Counted from the first letter of the stretch, positions 7,935 to 16,330 are shown. The stretch: DNA of 32,000 bases from Candidatus Iainarchaeum sp. (GCA_030445695.1 JASUTF010000002.1:1-32000), one strand, 5' to 3'. Translations and numbers: made by a program. The notes: a model not told the origin generated them from the sequence alone.

Positions 7935-8552
7935 TCATTCTCTTTCTCTTGTTAGGACAAAGAGGCGAAGGAGCTCTACAACGATGCCCACGAGATCTAT
8001 CAGGAGCTGGACCGCCGCGCGGTACTCGTCGGGATACTGACGCACTTTTGAGGCGTCGTATGCGGCGAAGAGCAGGAAAGCGATGAGCGCGATGACCGTG
8101 GTCACCAGATCCAGTTCATAAGAATACCATTGGAAGAATGAGCCGATCACGAGGGCGAGGGATCCGATGAGTGCAATCACGATGAGCGCGAAAGCGGCAC
8201 GGCCCGCTGACTCCCCGACCTCACGCTCGTTGAATACCAGGGCAGCAACGGCGAATGCAAGGGCACCGCCGGCAACAATGCCGAAAACAATCGGGCCGTA
8301 TGCTGCTGCCAGCACCGGGACGATGGAGAGGACGTAGCCCTCCGTCACGGCGGCGAAGAGCAGATACGTGCCGAGGCCCGGCCGGTACATCACTATGAAG
8401 AGCGGGACGAACGCAAGGATCGCAAGGAGTATTCTGCCAGCCGAACCGACGGATGCAAGGAGTGGAAGGTATGCGAAGCCCGCCACAAGGGCAAGGACGA
8501 AACCGGCAGCCACCAGTGAATATGTCTTCTGAACGTCCGCCATATGCCCCAC
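7935..8552 (-). CDS. Bax-inhibitor-1/YccA family membrane protein
   Basis: 205 aa with about 7 hydrophobic segments. The C-terminal FAAYDASKV...AAVQLLIDLVGIVVELLRLF resembles the BI-1 family tail. Confidence 0.6.
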   Translation of the reverse strand: MGHMADVQKTYSLVAAGFVLALVAGFAYLPLLASVGSAGRILLAILAFVPLFIVMYRPGLGTYLLFAAVTEGYVLSIVPVLAAAYGPIVFGIVAGGALAFAVAALVFNEREVGESAGRAAFALIVIALIGSLALVIGSFFQWYSYELDLVTTVIALIAFLLFAAYDASKVRQYPDEYRAAVQLLIDLVGIVVELLRLFVLTRERE

Positions 8553-8553
8553 C

Positions 8554-8805
8554 TCAGAAGCTCCGTGATCGGAGAACCTTGTCCGGCGTGAACGCCGCGG
8601 CGAGCGAGCGGAAGAGCATCTCGTTCTGGGAGTGCACCACTATGCGTTTCGGCTTCACGGACTTCAGAAACACGATGAGCTCATCAATCTGTTCCCCCTC
8701 AAGGGCAACGGCGTGCCCCTCCTCGAAGTTCGCATCCTCTATGCTCCACGGATCCACTACGTTCCAGACGGTGGAAGGAATTGAGGAGGGACGGACCAGG
8801 ATCAT
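8554..8805 (-). CDS. Hypothetical small protein (83 aa)
   Basis: The ORF is wedged exactly between metK (1-nt TGATG overlap at 8805) and the BI-1-like gene (1-nt gap). I recognise no motif. Confidence 0.5.
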   Translation of the reverse strand: MILVRPSSIPSTVWNVVDPWSIEDANFEEGHAVALEGEQIDELIVFLKSVKPKRIVVHSQNEMLFRSLAAAFTPDKVLRSRSF

Positions 8806-10016
8806 CAGAACACCCTGATCTCGCCGTTTATGAGCTTGTCCACCACATCCATGATGTTGTCAAGGTGCTTGTGGACGATTTCTTCCGCCTCTGGCTGAAC
8901 TTCCTTTAGTTTCGTGCCCTTCTCCGGGAGGAGCTTGACGTGAATGATCTCCGGGTCGTCTATGGGCTTCCCTATTCTGCTGAGGAGGTAGACGTATGCC
9001 TCGTGGACGCCGGAGACGTTTTCATAAATGTCCTTGGCGATCTGGTTCGCCACGACGTTGTATATCTTGCCCACGTGGTTCACAGGGTTTTTGCCGGCAG
9101 CCGCCTCGAGGGACATCCCGCGGGCCGGTGTTATGAGCCCGTTCACCCTGTTACCGCGTCCTACCGATCCGTCGTCGCCCGCCTCAGCAGAGAGACCGGT
9201 GACGGTCAGGTAAACAACACCGTTCTCTATGTCGTCGGCCGTGTTTACGTGAATCTCCACTTCCTTATCGGTTATGTTCTCGGCCAATTCTCGCACCGTC
9301 TCAAAGATCGCCGCCTTCGTCTCGAGGTACTCCTGCACGTTGTTCAGCTCGGAGTCCACCATAGCAGCGGCGATGGTGAGTTCGATCTTGTTGTTCTTTC
9401 GGACCGCCATAACCTTGATGTCCTCACCCACGGCGGGGTACTCGCGCTTGAACGCGTCGGAGTTCAGGAACCTCTCCGTCTCGAGGGTGAGCGCCTCCGT
9501 CTCGGTGAGCGGGGCATAACCGACGCCCAAGGACGTGTCGTTGGCCAGAGGTATCCCATTCTTTCGCTGCTCAAAGAGGTGTTTCAGGTCCACAGACCCG
9601 TGTCCTATCTTGGATTCGATAATAACGTGGCTTTCCACGTCTAGGTGCCTGAAATTCTCCCAGAGGAAGTCCTTGGCCGCCTCAATAGCGATGCGATGAA
9701 CAGGAATCCATTCACCATCGACCATGCTCGTCGCACGACCAGAGAGAAGGATGTATATGGGCTTGATGACCTCGCCGCCACCCCACATGGGCCGGGAACG
9801 GCCCCCGACAACCTCCACCTGGTCCGTGTTGTGGTGCAGAACAGTCCCGAAGAGGTGAACATACTCGGCGCAGAGGGCCCTGCTCACTGCCTCCGCGATT
9901 CCGTCCGCGATAGAATCCGGGTGGCCCACACCCTTTCTTTCGACGATCTCGACTGCCTGCTCCTCCACAGGAATTGCCTGAACAGTGTCAATTACCACGT
10001 TCCTTTTCCCGGCCAT
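8805..10016 (-). CDS. metK: S-adenosylmethionine synthetase, archaeal type
   Basis: 403 aa with [24 protein letters not shown]...[12 protein letters not shown]...[12 protein letters not shown], which is diagnostic of archaeal MAT. Confidence 0.9.
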   Translation of the reverse strand: MAGKRNVVIDTVQAIPVEEQAVEIVERKGVGHPDSIADGIAEAVSRALCAEYVHLFGTVLHHNTDQVEVVGGRSRPMWGGGEVIKPIYILLSGRATSMVDGEWIPVHRIAIEAAKDFLWENFRHLDVESHVIIESKIGHGSVDLKHLFEQRKNGIPLANDTSLGVGYAPLTETEALTLETERFLNSDAFKREYPAVGEDIKVMAVRKNNKIELTIAAAMVDSELNNVQEYLETKAAIFETVRELAENITDKEVEIHVNTADDIENGVVYLTVTGLSAEAGDDGSVGRGNRVNGLITPARGMSLEAAAGKNPVNHVGKIYNVVANQIAKDIYENVSGVHEAYVYLLSRIGKPIDDPEIIHVKLLPEKGTKLKEVQPEAEEIVHKHLDNIMDVVDKLINGEIRVF

Positions 10017-10042
10017 CGAGAGAAAAAGAGGGAAAATGCTTA

Positions 10043-10321
10043 TTATTGTTTCCGGGTGGTAACGGCAATCGCCACCGCGAGCTCCGGGTAGCGGGCGATG
10101 GCAAGTCCATCCTCGGGGCTTGCAAATATAATGATACGTTCGCCGTCTTTTTCAAGTTCTGCGTAGATTCTCTCCCTCCCGTAGGGAGAATACGACTCTA
10201 CGTAGCGTTTTAATTCGTAACCCGCGTCCACGTGCCTCTGAACCTCGTAACGGGCAAAAAGCAATGCCTCGTCCCAATATCCGTCGTCAAACACAACCCT
10301 TTCAATCACGTCGGCTATCAT
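10043..10321 (-). CDS. Hypothetical protein (92 aa)
   Basis: The ORF has a TATA-like CCTTTATAAAAC (10340-10350, minus strand) about 25 nt upstream of its ATG. I recognise no motif. Confidence 0.5.
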   Translation of the reverse strand: MIADVIERVVFDDGYWDEALLFARYEVQRHVDAGYELKRYVESYSPYGRERIYAELEKDGERIIIFASPEDGLAIARYPELAVAIAVTTRKQ

Positions 10322-10373
10322 GTTTGGAGAACGGAACCGTTTTATAAAGGGTTTTTGGAACAGTTGCTTTCCC

Positions 10374-10532
10374 CTAACCTTCCGCAGTGTTTAGGTTCAG
10401 ATCGACCGGTAGGGACGTTATGCCTATGGCCATGCCCGTCGTCGTCCACTGGTACCATGCGAGTGCCAGAAAGAGCACTGCAAGCAGCACGAACGCGAAC
10501 GCCAGCCATATGAACAGGGAATCTATTCCCAT
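10374..10532 (-). CDS. Possible small membrane protein (52 aa; below the ORF-track cutoff)
   Basis: My own translation is MGIDSLFIWLAFAFVLLAVLFLALAWYQWTTTGMAIGITSLPVDLNLNTAEG*, with one clear transmembrane helix. The AT-rich box AAATATAAATAT (10555-10566) lies about 28 nt upstream. Confidence 0.3.
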   Translation of the reverse strand: MGIDSLFIWLAFAFVLLAVLFLALAWYQWTTTGMAIGITSLPVDLNLNTAEG

Positions 10533-10554
10533 GCAAGAAGATATTTGGTAGAAG

Positions 10555-10566
10555 AAATATAAATAT
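10555..10566. promoter_or_regulatory. AT-rich TATA-like box shared by divergent small genes
   Basis: AAATATAAATAT lies about 25 nt upstream of the ATG at 10585 (+) and about 28 nt upstream of the ATG at 10532 (-). Confidence 0.4.
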
Positions 10567-10584
10567 CCAACACGTGTTTAACAT

Positions 10585-10926
10585 ATGTCCCTGCGGTTCT
10601 TTGGGGAGAAGAAAAGAAAGGAGCCGCCCCGGGAAAGGCCGGTCTTCGATGGAGCGAGCGAAAAGACGAAAATGAAAGATTTACTTGCCAGCGTACACAA
10701 AGCGGAAGAGCAGCAGAGAAAACTTACCGAAAAAGAGCGGGAGAAGATACACAACCTCCTCGACGCCTTCGCAGGAGTATTAGGTGCCGAAGACCACAGA
10801 GTCCGCCACGACTCGCATTACTACGTTCTGAAAATGGAGGACGGATATCACCTTCTCCGGGTGGGCTACAGGGGAATCGAAAACCAGCTGAGCTTCCGTG
10901 TACTGAAACTGGGGACAAGCGCGTAG
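10585..10926 (+). CDS. Hypothetical protein (113 aa), possibly the 5' part of a split gene
   Basis: The ORF has a basic N-terminus and a leaderless-type TATA spacing. It ends at a TAG just after a GGGG run. Confidence 0.45.
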   Translation: MSLRFFGEKKRKEPPRERPVFDGASEKTKMKDLLASVHKAEEQQRKLTEKEREKIHNLLDAFAGVLGAEDHRVRHDSHYYVLKMEDGYHLLRVGYRGIENQLSFRVLKLGTSA

Positions 10927-10949
10927 ACCTCGAGAAAGCGATCGAACAC

Positions 10950-11243
10950 ATGGACAGGATTGCAGACAGATTCCACGGTATTGAGTTCGACGCAAAATAC
11001 ATGGGCGGTGCTCTGGCTAAAAAGATATTGGAAGATCTTCTGGAAACACTAAAAGATGCTTACGGCGAGGAGAGAGTGAAGCAGATCATAAAGCCCGCTG
11101 AGAGGGAGGATGCAAGGAAGATCTACGATGTGTTGCGAAAGATCTACCACGAATCAATGCTGCCTCAACCAGAGTCGGAAGAAGATCTGGAGAACCTGAA
11201 AAAGGAAATACTCAGAAGGATTCGCGAAATGCAAAATGAGTGA
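10950..11243 (+). CDS. Hypothetical acidic helical protein (97 aa), possibly the 3' part of a split gene
   Basis: The ORF has no Shine-Dalgarno sequence or TATA box of its own. Its frame stays open upstream, back past the stop of the previous ORF. Confidence 0.45.
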   Translation: MDRIADRFHGIEFDAKYMGGALAKKILEDLLETLKDAYGEERVKQIIKPAEREDARKIYDVLRKIYHESMLPQPESEEDLENLKKEILRRIREMQNE

Positions 11244-11246
11244 GAG

Positions 11247-11320
11247 AGCCCCGGGCGGGATTTGAACCCGCGACCTCTCGCTTACCAAGCGAGCGCTCTA
11301 CCAGGCTGAGCTACCGGGGC
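11247..11320 (-). tRNA. tRNA-Thr (anticodon GGU)
   Basis: Minus-strand cloverleaf: GCCCCGG UA GCUC AGCCUGGUA GAGC G CUCGC UUGGUAA GCGAG AGGUC GCGGG UUCAAAU CCCGC CCGGGGC U. No CCA is encoded. Confidence 0.9.
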
Positions 11321-11375
11321 GACCATGCGAACCAACGATATTCTACTGTGCTGTGTGGTCGGTTGCTCCGCAACC

Positions 11376-11405
11376 GGCCTCGCGGACCCGCGGGCCGCGT
11401 CGGCC
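11376..11405 (-). other. GC-rich imperfect hairpin/palindrome between a membrane-protein gene and tRNA-Thr
   Basis: The minus strand reads GGCCGACGCGG-CCCGCGGGT-CCGCGAGGCC. It has stems GGCC/GGCC and CGCGG/CCGCG, and the loop contains the palindrome CCCGCGGG. Confidence 0.4.
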
Positions 11406-11406
11406 C

Positions 11407-11421
11407 CTGAGCTACCGGGGC
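11407..11421 (-). repeat. Exact 15-nt copy of the 5' end of tRNA-Thr
   Basis: CTGAGCTACCGGGGC occurs at 11306-11320 (inside the tRNA) and again at 11407-11421. On the minus strand this is GCCCCGGTAGCTCAG. Confidence 0.8.
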
Positions 11422-11450
11422 ACGCTTTCAATGAAAGGGAAGGAATGTTT

Positions 11451-12374
11451 TTAACCCTGTGGCCTCTTCCCGCCGATCCCCGTGACGAGCTTGAAGACGG
11501 CGGCAACCACGAATGCAACCCACTCTGCAAAGAGCGTTATGATCGAGTAGAGCATCGCGCCGACAAACGCGTAAATGTAGTGCACGTTCTCGAAAACAGA
11601 GCGGAAAACAGGCATCTCGCGAATCTGCCGCTCTATGGCCGACCTCATAACATTCTCGTCCGGGGACTTAATGCTCAATGCGAGCGCCTCCCGGATGCCC
11701 TTCTTTATGCCCTCATACTGCTCAAGATACTGGTTGATGAGCTCCTGTTGCTGCTCCGGCGAGAGGGAATCCCAGTTGGGCACCGAACTCTTGACGCTTT
11801 CTATGATCTTTTCACGCTCCTCGGGAGTTATGCCCTCGGGAATGATCTGGTTCACGTCCAGAATGTTTTTCTGCGAACCCGCACCGGTGAGTGCCAGTTC
11901 AACTATGCGGTCCACGAGGAGGGGCTGGAGGGTGCCAGCCATTGTGGAACCGTGATATATGAGAACAACGAGCACTAGGGCAAAACCCAAACTCTTGGGC
12001 GACGAAACGGTGTGCCAGACCCCCATCTTGCACGGATCATCGCTGGAGACGGGCAGGATACCCCCTGCAACGGTCGCCACGATAAAGGCAGAGACAATTG
12101 GATCCAGACCCAGCAGCACCGCGCCCAGGACCGCAACGGTCAGTTCAACAGCCCAGTAGATGACCCTCTGGCGTCTGCTGTCGGAGGACCAGCGGAGAAG
12201 GAAGACGGACAGCAGAACAGCAGTTAGGGGAATAACAAGACCGGCTGCGGACCGGAGGAGCATCATATCGGGAATTACAATGGATTCAGGTGAAAACGAC
12301 ACGCCAGTGACAAGTATCTCCGCAAGGACCGTGAGAACCACCGCAGCAACCGCCAGTACGTATCGATCGCCCAT
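11451..12374 (-). CDS. Hypothetical polytopic membrane protein with a central soluble insert
   Basis: 307 aa with several hydrophobic helices and a charged middle region (ITPEEREKIIESVKSSVPNWDSLSPEQQQELINQYLEQYEG). It starts 6 nt after the map stop. Confidence 0.6.
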   Translation of the reverse strand: MGDRYVLAVAAVVLTVLAEILVTGVSFSPESIVIPDMMLLRSAAGLVIPLTAVLLSVFLLRWSSDSRRQRVIYWAVELTVAVLGAVLLGLDPIVSAFIVATVAGGILPVSSDDPCKMGVWHTVSSPKSLGFALVLVVLIYHGSTMAGTLQPLLVDRIVELALTGAGSQKNILDVNQIIPEGITPEEREKIIESVKSSVPNWDSLSPEQQQELINQYLEQYEGIKKGIREALALSIKSPDENVMRSAIERQIREMPVFRSVFENVHYIYAFVGAMLYSIITLFAEWVAFVVAAVFKLVTGIGGKRPQG

Positions 12375-12380
12375 TCTCCC

Positions 12381-13277
12381 TCACCAACTTACAAGGTCGA
12401 AGACATCTATAAGGATTTCCGCCCCGTCGGGCTCCACAACCACCGTTGTCTCGAACTGGCCCACTGCCGCGCCCTTCTGCTCCATCAGAATCGGATACTG
12501 GTGCAGGGACCCCAGCTTCGCCAGTTCGAACAGTGCCATCCGCCCCTGCAGTCCAAACTCCCGCTCGATCCACTTCTGGGCAAAGGGAAGCGGGCCATAT
12601 TCTTTCTCTATGTGGGAAAGAACCTTCTTGGCCAGGGGAGTCCTCGCCCTCGCACGCTGGAGGGAGAATATCGTGACGCTGGGACCGTTGTTCACGTAAC
12701 CCCTGCCGTCCGTCATAAACGGCTCAATGGCTATCTGCATGCCCTCTTCTATGACTGCTCGGCCCTCAGGAACGTTAGGAATGAAAAGACCTGCGTGCAA
12801 GTTGTATCTTTTAATTTCATGGCCCCCCAGGTTCGATATGGGCCTGACACCGTACTTCTTCGCCACGTCTGATATTACCTTCCCGATCTCAGATACCTGC
12901 ATGCCGGGCCGTATTGCGTGTACTGCCTCGCTCAGCGCCTCGTACGCTGCCCTTGCAACCGAGACGTAGAAATCGTCGAGCACGTAGGTGAAAGCGGCGT
13001 CGGATATCCAGCCGTCTACGTGGGCGCCCGCGTCAATCTTCACCAGCTTTCCGCTCGAGAAGTCCGCCGTCTCCGTGTCCGTGGGTGAGAAATGGGCGGC
13101 CACGTGGTCCACTCCAACGTTACACGGGAATGCGTTCCTTGCCTCCTCCAGAATGGCCTGCTCCACGGAGTCCGCCACTGCCAGACCCGAACGCTCTCCA
13201 GAATCAATCTTCCTGAAAGCATTCCGCAGGGCCCTCTCCAGAACTTTACCAGATCTGCGGAGCGCATCCGGATCCAT
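12381..13277 (-). CDS. map: Methionine aminopeptidase, type 2 (archaeal)
   Basis: 298 aa with CNVGVDHVAAHFSP, KIDAGAHVDGWISDAAFT, GHEIKRYNLHAG and QIAIEPF. Confidence 0.9.
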   Translation of the reverse strand: MDPDALRRSGKVLERALRNAFRKIDSGERSGLAVADSVEQAILEEARNAFPCNVGVDHVAAHFSPTDTETADFSSGKLVKIDAGAHVDGWISDAAFTYVLDDFYVSVARAAYEALSEAVHAIRPGMQVSEIGKVISDVAKKYGVRPISNLGGHEIKRYNLHAGLFIPNVPEGRAVIEEGMQIAIEPFMTDGRGYVNNGPSVTIFSLQRARARTPLAKKVLSHIEKEYGPLPFAQKWIEREFGLQGRMALFELAKLGSLHQYPILMEQKGAAVGQFETTVVVEPDGAEILIDVFDLVSW

Positions 13278-13283
13278 TCCGCA

Positions 13284-14111
13284 TCACTCGACAAAAAGCA
13301 TACTGACCGCTCCCGGGCCGGCGTGCACCACGATAACGGGGCTAAGGAGCACCTTCTCCTCTACTTTGATACCCCTATAGTTCAAGTGTTCCTCCAGTGC
13401 CTTTCCGTCGTCCCCTCCAGGCGCGTAGGCCATTAAAACGGACTCTGAGCCCGCGAGAGCAGCCATCTCCGCCCATAGTTTGTTCTTGCGAACCGTGTTC
13501 TCAAGATCCACCCTGCCCTCACGGATCGTCAGTATCGGGCGGATACCCACTATCTTGGCCAGTGTCGCCTTGAACGGGTCGAGACGTCCCCCTGCAACAA
13601 GGTAGTCAAGCGTGGGGACTGCAAAGTATATTCTGATCCTGCTCCTCAGCGCCTCAAGGGCGGGTATCACTTCCTCAATGGTTTTCCCTTCGTCCCGCAG
13701 GCGCAGGGCCTCACGGACGAGAATGCCGATGCCCGCGGACACGGACAGCGAGTCGAAAACGTGGAGATTTACTCCCTTCTTTTTCATGAGGTTTGAAGCG
13801 ATAAGGGCTGCGTTGTACAGGCCGGAGAGCCGGGATGATAACGTTATGTAAAGCACGTCTCCTTCCATCCCCTCCACGGCGGACATGATCTGCTTTGGCG
13901 ACGGCTGACTCGTCTTAACCTTGCCCGGCTTCATCTCGCGGATATAACTGAGCACGTCTTCCTTTGATATGGTTCCCGGATACGTGTACTCCTCTTCGCC
14001 TATGAAAACATTGATGGGAACCTTGAGCACGTCCTCCGGCGTTCCGCTGAGCAGGTCGGCACCGCCGTCTACCACGATTTCAAACGCCACGTTCCAATAT
14101 GGCACGATCAT
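13284..14111 (-). CDS. DegV family fatty-acid-binding protein (FakB-like), canonical paralog
   Basis: 275 aa with KTSQPSPKQ, LSSRLSGLYNAA and DYLVAGGRL. It stops 6 nt before the map start. Confidence 0.85.
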   Translation of the reverse strand: MIVPYWNVAFEIVVDGGADLLSGTPEDVLKVPINVFIGEEEYTYPGTISKEDVLSYIREMKPGKVKTSQPSPKQIMSAVEGMEGDVLYITLSSRLSGLYNAALIASNLMKKKGVNLHVFDSLSVSAGIGILVREALRLRDEGKTIEEVIPALEALRSRIRIYFAVPTLDYLVAGGRLDPFKATLAKIVGIRPILTIREGRVDLENTVRKNKLWAEMAALAGSESVLMAYAPGGDDGKALEEHLNYRGIKVEEKVLLSPVIVVHAGPGAVSMLFVE

Positions 14112-14139
14112 TTAAAACCCTGTATCCCCGTTCTACTAG

Positions 14140-14598
14140 ATGGACTATAACGCGGCCATTCTGGTACTCCTCTCGCTTGCCCCGACAATCGAGACAAGGT
14201 ACACGATTCCCCTTGCCATCGCAGCTGGCTACAACCCCCTAATCGTTTTTGCAACTGCATCTGTTCTCACGTTTGTCCTGACAGCGGCACTGGCATACGG
14301 GTTGTGGATTCTGGAACTGCTGATACGTAAAATACCCATCATCCGGGATCTCTGGGAGAGATATGTTAACAGTGCCCGGAGAAGAGTGCGTCCCTACGTT
14401 GAGAAGTACGGTGCTCCTGGCGTAATACTTTTCGTGGCGGTACCGCTGCCCGGAACCGGTGTATGGACTGGCAGCATTGCAGGATACCTCCTGGGGATCG
14501 AACCAAAGAAACTGATGATATACACAACGATAGGGGGTATAATAGCCAACATTATCACATTTTTTGTGAGCGTGGGCGTCATCACAATGATTTTGTAA
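14140..14598 (+). CDS. Small membrane protein of the putative small multidrug export family
   Basis: 152 aa with IETRYTIPLAIAAG and ILFVAVPLPGTGVWTGSIAGYLLG. A TATA-like ATTTAAAACC lies about 27 nt upstream. Confidence 0.65.
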   Translation: MDYNAAILVLLSLAPTIETRYTIPLAIAAGYNPLIVFATASVLTFVLTAALAYGLWILELLIRKIPIIRDLWERYVNSARRRVRPYVEKYGAPGVILFVAVPLPGTGVWTGSIAGYLLGIEPKKLMIYTTIGGIIANIITFFVSVGVITMIL

Positions 14599-14639
14599 GA
14601 AATTAAAGAAAAAAGTCAAGAATTTGAAGTAACTCCAAG

Positions 14640-14645
14640 TTTTTT
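14640..14645 (+). terminator. Oligo-T tract downstream of the 14140-14598 gene
   Basis: A T6 run lies about 42 nt after the stop codon, in an AT-rich intergenic region. This fits the archaeal oligo-T terminator type. Confidence 0.3.
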
Positions 14646-14692
14646 ACAAACTATGCATTTTATATTCTATTACTGGGTGTATTTACTATACG

Positions 14693-15097
14693 GTGGTTAC
14701 AATGGTTACCGTTATGCTCCCGGGTCTCCGGGGAGTAAAGGCAGAGAGGGAGTTGCTGAAACTTGCCGCAAAACTCAAGCACAAGTATGATATTCACTAC
14801 GACAGAAACGCCAACGATGAGTTTGAAGCACTCTACGGCATTCTCAAGGGTCTTGATGAGATCATAGAAGATCTGAAGAAAAGAGAGTACGAGGTGGACA
14901 AGACAAAGGCGTTCATAGATGCCATCATCTCGGAAAAAGGCGAGATAACTGCGGAGGGCGTCTACGTCTGGCCCAGGCATCTGAAGGAAGAGGCAGAAGA
15001 ACTTGGAGTTGACTGGGAAGAGTTTAAGGAAGAACTGAAGAAGGCAGGAGTTATTGAGTTTGACCCGAAGAACAAAAAGTACAAGGTGAAGCTCTGA
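14693..15097 (+). CDS. Hypothetical charged protein
   Basis: The ORF starts at GTG 14693, with alternative ATGs at 14702 and 14714. TTTTATAT lies at 14658-14665 upstream. I recognise no motif. Confidence 0.5.
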   Translation: MVTMVTVMLPGLRGVKAERELLKLAAKLKHKYDIHYDRNANDEFEALYGILKGLDEIIEDLKKREYEVDKTKAFIDAIISEKGEITAEGVYVWPRHLKEEAEELGVDWEEFKEELKKAGVIEFDPKNKKYKVKL

Positions 15098-15127
15098 TTT
15101 TTATCTTCTTTTACCCTTCCTAATAAC

Positions 15128-15292
15128 ATGAGTTACCAGTCGCTCGCGCTGGCGTTTTTCACGGGGTTTGTGGTTGGAGTAATTTTCAGGGCTTTGAAGC
15201 TCCCGATCCCCGCACCAAACACGTGGGAGGGCATTCTCGGAATACTGGGCATATTCATCGGCTATATGATACTAAAAACACTGGGTGTCTGA
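15128..15292 (+). CDS. XapX-like small membrane protein (54 aa; below the ORF-track cutoff)
   Basis: My own translation is MSYQSLALAFFTGFVVGVIFRALKLPIPAPNTWEGILGILGIFIGYMILKTLGV*. The LPxPAP plus Gly-rich helix pattern fits the XapX domain. The stop lies 1 nt before the alaX ATG. Confidence 0.5.
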   Translation: MSYQSLALAFFTGFVVGVIFRALKLPIPAPNTWEGILGILGIFIGYMILKTLGV

Positions 15293-15293
15293 C

Positions 15294-16028
15294 ATGACGG
15301 AAGAACTATACCTTGAGGACCACTACTTGAAGGAGTTCGACGCGACCGTCGTGGAAGTAGGAGAGGATTACATCGTCCTGGACAAAACAGCATTCTTTCC
15401 GCGCGCCTCCGGACTGGAGGGGGACACGGGAAAGATCGTGACAGAAGACGGTAAAGAGTACAGGGTGATCGGCGGGAAAAGAGTTGAGGGAAAGGTTCTT
15501 CATTTCCTCGAGACAACGGAAGGGCTCGAACCGGGCATGAAGGTTCACGGAGTGATCGACTGGGAGAACCGTTACCGTCAGATGCGGCTGCACACGGCAT
15601 CGCACATCGTTGCGTCGCTTTTCTACCAGAAGTACGGTGCAGAAATTACTGGGGGCCACATAACAGCGGAGAAGGCAAGGGACATGCTCAATGTTGATCA
15701 ACTGACGCCGGAGATGATTGACGAGGTGTTCTCAGAGGCCAACGAGATCGTGAAGAAGGAACTCCCGGTCAAGGTCTACTGGCTCTCCCGTGAAGAGGCG
15801 TTAAAAATTCCGGGAGTCGTGAAACTGGCGGCCCGCATGCCCCCGAACATCGAGCGCTGGAGAATCGTGGAGATCCCGGGAGTAGACATGCAAGCGGACG
15901 GCGGCCCACACGTGGCGAACACCAAGGAGATCGGCGAGATCGTCTTCCTCAAGAAGGAGAACAAGGGGAAAGGCAAGAAAACGATACATTTCACGGTGAA
16001 GCCGCAACTACTCTTCCCAGAACCTTAA
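15294..16028 (+). CDS. alaX: AlaX-type alanyl-tRNA editing protein (AlaRS editing-domain homolog)
   Basis: The ATG at 15294 gives MTEELYLEDHYLKEFDATVV..., then RLHTASHIV (HxxxH) and MQADGGPHVANTKEIGEI (the CGGTHV-like position). Confidence 0.8.
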   Translation: MTEELYLEDHYLKEFDATVVEVGEDYIVLDKTAFFPRASGLEGDTGKIVTEDGKEYRVIGGKRVEGKVLHFLETTEGLEPGMKVHGVIDWENRYRQMRLHTASHIVASLFYQKYGAEITGGHITAEKARDMLNVDQLTPEMIDEVFSEANEIVKKELPVKVYWLSREEALKIPGVVKLAARMPPNIERWRIVEIPGVDMQADGGPHVANTKEIGEIVFLKKENKGKGKKTIHFTVKPQLLFPEP

Positions 16029-16087
16029 TCTTATCCTTCTTCCAGATGCAGCACGCCAGGTGGCCCCTGCGACAAATGAACCTATGA

Positions 16088-16330
16088 TTATGAAGCCCTC
16101 CAGATAGTTCGTTCCACGTGTTCATCTCCATGAACCGGGGGGTTTCCCCGTGTTTCGCCAGAGAGTGGGTTCTCGATTTCTTCCGCGGTGTTTGATATAA
16201 GACCGGACCCCTCATACGCCAGAAATATGAGAAAAACCGCGGCAAGTCCGAGGACAGAGAATATGCCACCGCCGATCATACCGCCGATGCCGATCGCCAC
16301 TGCATCCCACAGCCCGATTGTCCTACGCAC
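16088..16330 (-). pseudogene. Relic of an APC-family amino-acid permease
   Basis: From GTG 16330 the sequence reads VRRTIGLWDAVAIGIGGMIGGGIFSVLG, a typical permease N-terminus and TM1. It is joined directly to FLAYEGSGLISNTAEEIENP, a motif normally about 170 aa further on. Unrelated sequence and a stop follow. Total length is about 80 aa, against about 430 aa or more for intact family members. Confidence 0.5.

Noticed and set aside
10342-10584. 80-aa minus-strand ORF in the 10.3-10.6 kb intergenic region
   Set aside because: The translation (…HGNRFPVHMAGVRVRAACSALSG…) is unlike real coding sequence and runs through the AT-rich promoter box. The alternative 52-aa frame is more credible.
10924-10926. 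TAG stop of ORF 10585-10926 as possible pyrrolysine or readthrough
   Set aside because: The downstream ORF is in a different frame, so readthrough would not join the two. No Pyl machinery is seen in the window.
11321-11425. The possibility that the duplicated tRNA 5' end marks a second (split or intron-containing) tRNA gene
   Set aside because: I could not build a cloverleaf. There is no D-arm closure at normal spacing, no anticodon arm and no T-arm (GTTCRAAT). I keep it only as a repeat plus hairpin.
14853-14876. C-box-like TTGATGA followed 13 nt later by CTGA, inside the hypothetical CDS; a similar pair lies at 8664-8687 on the minus strand
   Set aside because: No matching C'/D pair follows at the proper spacing, and both sit inside coding sequence. 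They are probably chance occurrences.
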